From positions 1-11,918 of the forward strand of contig JBBIIG010000092.1 of the NCBI GenBank assembly GCA_037446635.1: 11,918 bases of DNA. Reading direction: 5' to 3'. Shown here piece after piece: positions 6,781-11,918 of the stretch. The DNA is from a bacterium. Lineage in GTDB: Bacteria > Zhuqueibacterota > Zhuqueibacteria > Oceanimicrobiales > Oceanimicrobiaceae. Position 1 is the first letter of the stretch. The number at the start of each line of letters is the position of its first letter. The notes beneath the pieces are model-generated. The model was not told the DNA's origin and did no database searches. It saw nothing but the letters and a program-made list of their open reading frames with translations. The translations under genes and the position numbers were made by a program.

Positions 6781-7291
6781 TAGAACACGGATTGGACGGA
6801 TTAGGCTGATTTTGACAGATTTTGATGACCTTGCTTAAGATGATTTTGAAAGATCTTTCGCTTGAATTCCGGTTCTTTGCCAAAATTTAAAAGAAGGCCA
6901 ACTTCAATGGTAGTGGCTTTTAAATAGTTTGTGAGTTGTGCCTCATGTTCTTCACATATTGATTTAGCCGCCTTTAACTCAACGATAACAAGATTCTCAA
7001 CAAACAAGTCGGCGTAATAATCCCCTACTTCTTCTAATTCGTAGAAAACCTTAATATTTTTTTGCTGGCTGACTTTAAGCCCAACTTTTTCTAGCTCGAT
7101 GGCCATGGCATTTTCGTACACCTTTTCCAAAAAGCCATAGCCGAGAGTGTTGTAAACTTTATAAAATGACCCGATAATCTTTTCAGTAATTTGTTCGTGT
7201 AACATTCCCGTCCTCCCATTTAGATTTCTAACACAAAAATAGAAAAGACAAATCCGTTTCAATCAGTTCGATCCGTTTAATCCGTGTTCCA
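6781..7291. mobile_element. Putative inverted-repeat-bounded GxxExxY cassette
   Basis: 6781-6822 and the reverse complement of 7250-7291 match at 31/42 positions without gaps. The enclosed gene is AT-rich (21/60 GC in both 6841-6900 and 6901-6960, versus 34/60 at 8221-8280). Mobility is inferred, not shown. Confidence 0.55.
6801..7205 (-). CDS. GxxExxY protein (PD-(D/E)XK nuclease-like family), 134 aa
   Basis: 'LGYGFLEKVYENAM' (GxxExxY), 'YYADLFVENLVIVELKA' (D...ExK), 'HEAQLTNYLKAT', 'GLLLNFG'. ATG 7205 has SD GGAGG at 7212-7216; the track's TTG start at 7262 lies inside the repeat. Confidence 0.93.
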   Translation of the reverse strand: MLHEQITEKIIGSFYKVYNTLGYGFLEKVYENAMAIELEKVGLKVSQQKNIKVFYELEEVGDYYADLFVENLVIVELKAAKSICEEHEAQLTNYLKATTIEVGLLLNFGKEPEFKRKIFQNHLKQGHQNLSKSA

Positions 7292-7298
7292 TTTGCTG

Positions 7299-7676
7299 TT
7301 AGATTTGTAATACTTCTTTTGCTTTAGCCAGCAGCGCATCCGGGTCGAACGGCTTGGTGAGGTACAAATCTGCGCCCACCTCCTGGCCTTTTTGCTTATC
7401 GTATTCCTGCCCCTTGGCTGTTAAAAGGATGATGTAAACATCCTGCAAGCCATACACGTGCTTGACGGTGTTGCAAACATCAAAGCCATTTTTCTTGGGC
7501 ATCATGACGTCAAGAAAAACCAGGTTTGGCTTTTCAGCTTGAATCATTTCCAGCGCCTCTTCGCCGTTGCTGGCGGTGAGGAGCTCGACGCCTTCGTCTT
7601 CCAACTCCTCCAACGCCTGCGAGATCAGCATGCGCAGGTGGGCTTCGTCGTCAACAATCAGAATTTTCGGATTCAT
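7299..7676 (-). CDS. Single-domain response regulator (CheY-like receiver)
   Basis: 'KILIVDDE', phospho-acceptor 'FLDVMMP', 'LLTAKG', 'TKPFD'. No output domain. SD AAGGAG at 7682-7687. Confidence 0.95.
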   Translation of the reverse strand: MNPKILIVDDEAHLRMLISQALEELEDEGVELLTASNGEEALEMIQAEKPNLVFLDVMMPKKNGFDVCNTVKHVYGLQDVYIILLTAKGQEYDKQKGQEVGADLYLTKPFDPDALLAKAKEVLQI

Positions 7677-7715
7677 TTGTTCTCCTTATCGTGATGATTT
7701 ATTCTACTTTTACTG

Positions 7716-7763
7716 GACGCGGAGCGTCTCCAATTTCGCTCCCACGCTGAACGTGGGAGCGAG
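7716..7763. repeat. REP-type palindrome, same family as 5062-5110
   Basis: GACGC-GGA-GCGTC (7716-7728) followed by TCGCTCCCACG-CTGAA-CGTGGGAGCGA (7736-7762). Confidence 0.85.
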
Positions 7764-7776
7764 AAAATTTACCAAG

Positions 7777-10700
7777 TTATTTCACCGGCAGCGCGAACGA
7801 AAACGTGCTGCCTTTGCCGATTTCGCTCTCCACCCAAATCCGCCCGCCGTGATGCTCGACGATTTCTTTGCAAATCGTCAGGCCGAGGCCGGTGCCTTTG
7901 GGCTTGTCGGTCAGCGTGTCGCCCACCTGCTTGAATTTTTCGAACACCTTCGGGCGGTCTTCCGCGGCAATGCCGACGCCGGTATCGCTGACGCTGATTA
8001 CGATCTCGTTGTCTTTTCGTTCGGCGCGGCAGGTCACCGAGCCTCTCTCCGTAAACTTGACCGCGTTGGAAATGAGATTGACCACCACTTGAATGAGCTT
8101 GTCGCGATCGCCAATGATCTGCGGCAGCTCGCCATCGAGGTCTTTGACAAACCTCAGCCCTGTCTTTTCGAAAAGCGACGTGGTCGCTGCCGCCGCGCCT
8201 TCGATGATTTCCGGCACAGCAACCGTAGTCATGCCCCACGCAACCTTGCCGGCTTCGATTTTGGCGAGATCGAGCACGTTGTCGATCAGCGCAGTCAGCC
8301 GCTCGCCTTCGGCGACGACGACGTTGAGATTTTCCTTCACCTGCTCGACGAGGCGCTGGGTTTTGGGGTCATCGTTGTGCAGCAGCGGAAACAACTTCTC
8401 CTCCAGCCGGTTCTTGATAATTTTGCTGAAACCGAGCACCGAAGTGAGCGGTGTGCGCAGCTCGTGACTGACATTGGAAAGAAAGTCGCTCTTGGCCTGA
8501 CTGGCAGCTTCGGCGGCGGCGCGCGCCCGCTGCATCTCTTCGAACAAGCGCGCGTTTTCGAGCGCCACCGTCGTATAAGCCGCGAGATTTTGCAACAGGC
8601 TGAGATGATAGTCGGTGTAGGCGTTTTTCTTAAAACTCTGGATGGTGATGACGCCCAGGACTCGGTCCTGCGAGATCAGCGGTAGATAGATAATCGAAAG
8701 CGGCTCCTCTGGGAGCGTGCCATCTTCGAGTGCTGTACCGGCAACGTTGGCCGTCTTGAAGTGGCTGATATAGCGGCTGTATTCTTGCGTCACGTCATTG
8801 ATAAAAACCGGCTGGCGGTGGTCGATGCACCACACCGGAAATTGATTTTTATCGTGGGTGTCGCGCGTGTAAGGCTCGTAGCGCTTGCCCTTTTCCATGG
8901 CGAATTTGTACTCGATCTGATTCTTTTCCGAATGGTAAATCCCGACGCCGAAGATTGTCGCATCGACCAGCGCGTTGATGTGTTCGTAGAGCCGGTGAAA
9001 GATCGTCTCGAAATCCAGCGAGGCGGTGATCTCCTTGCCGATGTCGCTCAACCGCTCGATGTTTTTGCGGCGCTCGTTCTCGGCGTCCGCACGCAGTTGT
9101 GCTTCCCGCAGGGTCGCCCGCTGCCGCTCGTGCCGGCGCACGCGGCCGCGCTGGACTCGATCCACCGCGAAAATCAAGCCTGCCAGCAAAATCCCATAAA
9201 GTACATACGCCCACCAACTCCGCCACCACGGCGGCGTGATGGTGATGCGCAACGCTGCGCCCTCCTCGTTCCAAACGCCGTCGTTGTTCGAGCCTTTGAC
9301 GCGGAAAACATATTCTCCCGGATCGAGGTTGGTGTAGGTGGCAAACCGCCGGTCGCCGCAATAGGTCCAATCCGCGTCGAAGCCGTCCATTTTATAAGCA
9401 AAGCGATTTTTTTTGGGCGCCACATAGTCGAGCGCCGCGAATTTAAAGGAGAACACACTTTCTTTGTAGGAGAGCGTGAGGTGATCGAGCTCCATGACGT
9501 GGCGGGGTAGCGAAAATCGTTCTGCTGTTCTCGCGGTATCGATCTTCACCGCTTCGTTGAAGACGTGAAAATCGGTGATGACGATGGGCGGCGCGTGCGA
9601 ATTTTCTTTGATGCTGTCCGGATGGAAAACGTTCAAGCCATTGATGCCGCCGAAATACATTTTGCCGTCCCGCCCCTTGTAGTACGCCCGATGGTTGAAT
9701 TGCCGGCTCTGCAGGCCGTCATCGACGCTGTAGTTTTTGATCCCGCCCGAGCGGGATTTCGGGTCGAATCGGCACAAGCCGTTACTGGTGCTGATCCAGA
9801 GACGACCGTGGCCATCCTCGAGAATGCCGTGAATCTCATTGCTCGGCAGACCCTCTGATTCCCGATAGGCCGTGAAGGTTTCCGTCGCCGGATCGAATTT
9901 GTTGAGGCCGTTGTACGTGCCGACCCAGAGCTCGCCGTTCGAGGTTTCGTGGATGACGAGCCTCACATTGTTGGTCAGACTTTCAGAGTTATCCGGATGA
10001 TGCGGATAAAGTTTGAGACGAAACACCCCCAGGCTTTCCACACTGAGCAATCGTTCTTCTTTACTTTGTTGGGACTGCGCAGGGATTGAATTCGCTGGCG
10101 CCGAATGCGGAACCGCGGCCAGCCGGTAGAGCCCCTCGCTATCGGTGCCGAACCACAACACGCCCGGCTGCCGCGGCGATTCAAAAAGTGATTCCACGGC
10201 CTCATGGCTGGGGTCATCGGGTTGCTTGCCATTGTGCGGAAGATAGATGAATTTTTTGGCTTTCCAATCAAAGCGATTGAGTCCGCCGCCGTCGGTGCCG
10301 ACCCAGAGAATGCCCGGCTCGCTCAGGGATTCGTGCAGCGAGGTGATGCGGTTGTTGGTCAGGGTGCCGGGATGGTCGGGATCGTGTTGATAGCGCGTGA
10401 AGACGCCGGTTTTGCTGTCGAAACGATTGAGCCCGCCATTAAATGTGGCGATCCAAAACACGCCCGGCAGTTGCCGCGATTCGCGGATGACAGTCACATA
10501 ATTATTGCTCAGGCTGTTGGGGTTCCTGGGGTTATTTTGAAAATGTCTAAAAACCGGCGCCCTGCCGCCGTCCCAGCTTATTTGCGTGATGCCGGCATCC
10601 TGCGTTCCCACCCAAACTCTGCCGAGATGATCCGCACAGACAGCCGTAACAAAATTGGCGATCAAGCTGTTCGGGTTATCCGGCTCGTGGCGATAATGCG

Positions 10701-11823
10701 CGAACTTGTCTTTGCGCAGCTTGCTCAAGCCGCCGCCAAACGTGCCTACCCACATCGTGCCGGCGTTGTCTTCGTAAATCTCTCGAATAATATTGTTGCT
10801 CAAGCTCAAGGGATCGCTGGGATTGTGGCGGTAATGCGTGAATGTTTGTGTTTCCCGATTGAAGCGATTGAGCCCGCCGCCGTAGGTGCCGATCCAGAGA
10901 TCGCCGTCGCGATCTTCGTAAATCGGCCGCACCGAGTTATTGCTTAAGCTTTGTGGATCATCGGGATCGTACTGAAAATGTGTGAACGTTTCGGATTCGC
11001 GGTCGAAAAGATTGAGCCCACCTTCATCGGTGCCAACCCAGAATGCGCCGTCGCGATCTTCGAGGATCGACGTCACCACCCCGGCGCTCAGGCTTTTGGG
11101 ATTCTGGGGATGATGCCGGTAAATCGTGAAGGCCATGGCCATTTGATTGCCAGCAGTACGCCTCTGCGCGCGATTCATGACCGCCAGGCCGCCATAAGTT
11201 CCAAGCCAAAGGTTGCCGGCCTCGTCCTCGTACATACACCAGATTTGATCATTCGGCAGGCTGTGGGAATCGTTGGCGTCATGCCGGTAATGAGTGAAAC
11301 TTTCTGTTTTTGTGTCAAAGCGATTCAAGCCGCCGCCGTAAGTCGCAATCCAAAGAACGCCCGGCTCGTCGGAAAATTCATAAATCGCGCGCACGTGGTC
11401 GTCGCTCAGACTGTTCTGGTTTTGCGGATCGTGCCGGTAGTACATAAAAGTCTGCGTGGCGCGATCAAACTTGTTCAGCCCGCCGCCAAAGGTGCCGATC
11501 CACAATGTGCCGGCGCGGTCTTCATAGACCGCCCAAATATCATTGTGGCTCACGGTGCCCGGTCCCTGATGCCGAAAGTTCGTGAATTCATAGCCATCGT
11601 AGCGGCTCAGCCCGTCGCGCGTGGCAAACCAGAGGAACCCCCGGCTGTCTTGCAGAATGCGCCAGACGAAATTGCTGGCAAGCCCGTCCTCGATGGTCAG
11701 ACGCTCAAATTTTAGTGGGCCGAGTTGGGCAGAGAGATGCCCCGGCCCCGGAATGGTGAGAAAAAGAATTAACTTTACTAAACTTCTAAAGTTTAGTAAA
11801 GTTATGGTAGTTGTCTTATTCAC
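7777..11823 (-). CDS. Sensor histidine kinase: two-component regulator beta-propeller repeats + Y_Y_Y + TM + GAF + HisKA + HATPase_c
   Basis: Repeated 'SLS.N.V..IYED..G.LWIGT.GGGLN.F' blades; Y_Y_Y 'ATYTNLDPGEYVFRVKGSNNDGVWN'; TM after 'PPWWRSWWAY'; GAF 'IIYLPL...VLGVITIQS'; H-box 'SHELRTPL', N-box 'NLISNAVKFT', 'DTGVGI', 'GTGLGL'. The GTG start lacks a clear SD and the frame stays open to the window edge, so the start is somewhat uncertain. Confidence 0.95.
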   Translation of the reverse strand: MNKTTTITLLNFRSLVKLILFLTIPGPGHLSAQLGPLKFERLTIEDGLASNFVWRILQDSRGFLWFATRDGLSRYDGYEFTNFRHQGPGTVSHNDIWAVYEDRAGTLWIGTFGGGLNKFDRATQTFMYYRHDPQNQNSLSDDHVRAIYEFSDEPGVLWIATYGGGLNRFDTKTESFTHYRHDANDSHSLPNDQIWCMYEDEAGNLWLGTYGGLAVMNRAQRRTAGNQMAMAFTIYRHHPQNPKSLSAGVVTSILEDRDGAFWVGTDEGGLNLFDRESETFTHFQYDPDDPQSLSNNSVRPIYEDRDGDLWIGTYGGGLNRFNRETQTFTHYRHNPSDPLSLSNNIIREIYEDNAGTMWVGTFGGGLSKLRKDKFAHYRHEPDNPNSLIANFVTAVCADHLGRVWVGTQDAGITQISWDGGRAPVFRHFQNNPRNPNSLSNNYVTVIRESRQLPGVFWIATFNGGLNRFDSKTGVFTRYQHDPDHPGTLTNNRITSLHESLSEPGILWVGTDGGGLNRFDWKAKKFIYLPHNGKQPDDPSHEAVESLFESPRQPGVLWFGTDSEGLYRLAAVPHSAPANSIPAQSQQSKEERLLSVESLGVFRLKLYPHHPDNSESLTNNVRLVIHETSNGELWVGTYNGLNKFDPATETFTAYRESEGLPSNEIHGILEDGHGRLWISTSNGLCRFDPKSRSGGIKNYSVDDGLQSRQFNHRAYYKGRDGKMYFGGINGLNVFHPDSIKENSHAPPIVITDFHVFNEAVKIDTARTAERFSLPRHVMELDHLTLSYKESVFSFKFAALDYVAPKKNRFAYKMDGFDADWTYCGDRRFATYTNLDPGEYVFRVKGSNNDGVWNEEGAALRITITPPWWRSWWAYVLYGILLAGLIFAVDRVQRGRVRRHERQRATLREAQLRADAENERRKNIERLSDIGKEITASLDFETIFHRLYEHINALVDATIFGVGIYHSEKNQIEYKFAMEKGKRYEPYTRDTHDKNQFPVWCIDHRQPVFINDVTQEYSRYISHFKTANVAGTALEDGTLPEEPLSIIYLPLISQDRVLGVITIQSFKKNAYTDYHLSLLQNLAAYTTVALENARLFEEMQRARAAAEAASQAKSDFLSNVSHELRTPLTSVLGFSKIIKNRLEEKLFPLLHNDDPKTQRLVEQVKENLNVVVAEGERLTALIDNVLDLAKIEAGKVAWGMTTVAVPEIIEGAAAATTSLFEKTGLRFVKDLDGELPQIIGDRDKLIQVVVNLISNAVKFTERGSVTCRAERKDNEIVISVSDTGVGIAAEDRPKVFEKFKQVGDTLTDKPKGTGLGLTICKEIVEHHGGRIWVESEIGKGSTFSFALPVK
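11770..11804. repeat. Perfect 16-bp inverted repeat inside the kinase 5' coding region
   Basis: TAACTTTACTAAACTT-CTA-AAGTTTAGTAAAGTTA. Confidence 0.85.
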
Positions 11824-11864
11824 CGAACAGAAAATTTTTGAATATGAATAAAGGTTAAGAATCT

Positions 11865-11891
11865 CTCGTTCCCACGCTCTGCGTGGGAACG
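11865..11891. repeat. Intact REP-type palindrome upstream of the kinase
   Basis: CTCGTTCCCACGC-TCT-GCGTGGGAACG. Confidence 0.88.
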
Positions 11892-11918
11892 GATACCCTA
11901 CGTGTGCGCTCTCTACTT

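Noticed and set aside
6717..6822. Possible CRISPR array or iterons
   Set aside because: Only two direct copies, with internal 9-nt periodicity and inverted partners; no cas or rep genes.
7206..7262. N-terminal extension of GxxExxY from TTG 7262
   Set aside because: It starts within the inverted repeat; ATG 7205 has a GGAGG SD and fits the typical family length.
9600..11700. Recurring DNA similarity within the kinase
   Set aside because: Explained by beta-propeller blade repeats at the protein level.
2992..11715. Long plus-strand ORFs (2992-3765, 3955-4794, 7567-8685, 8761-9510, 10204-10947, 10951-11715) and short alternative-frame ORFs
   Set aside because: All overlap well-supported minus-strand genes and are typical shadow ORFs of GC-rich coding DNA.

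Overview
A bacterial region of about 55-60% GC in the long genes, with all seven real genes on the minus strand. In transcription order: a 1348-aa sensor histidine kinase (beta-propeller/Y_Y_Y periplasmic sensor, TM, GAF, HisKA, HATPase), a stand-alone CheY-like receiver, an AT-rich GxxExxY (PD-(D/E)XK-like) gene, a GAF + PP2C/SpoIIE (RsbU-like) phosphatase, a secreted GH31 alpha-glucosidase, a 52-aa DUF5989/SxtK-like membrane peptide, and a secreted GH13 alpha-amylase-family enzyme that runs off the left edge. The last two are missing from the ORF track. The intergenic DNA is the most interesting part. (1) The GxxExxY gene is enclosed by a 42-bp imperfect inverted repeat with 9-nt periodicity and sits beside a gene-less copy of the same repeat, suggesting a palindrome-bounded nuclease cassette inserted into the signalling operon. 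(2) An 88-bp MITE with 18-bp TIRs and a TCT target duplication is inserted exactly in the loop of a REP palindrome. (3) At least four unrelated palindromic repeat families occur in 12 kb, one of them translated inside the kinase signal peptide. Family names come from motif recognition and recall only; no searches were run.
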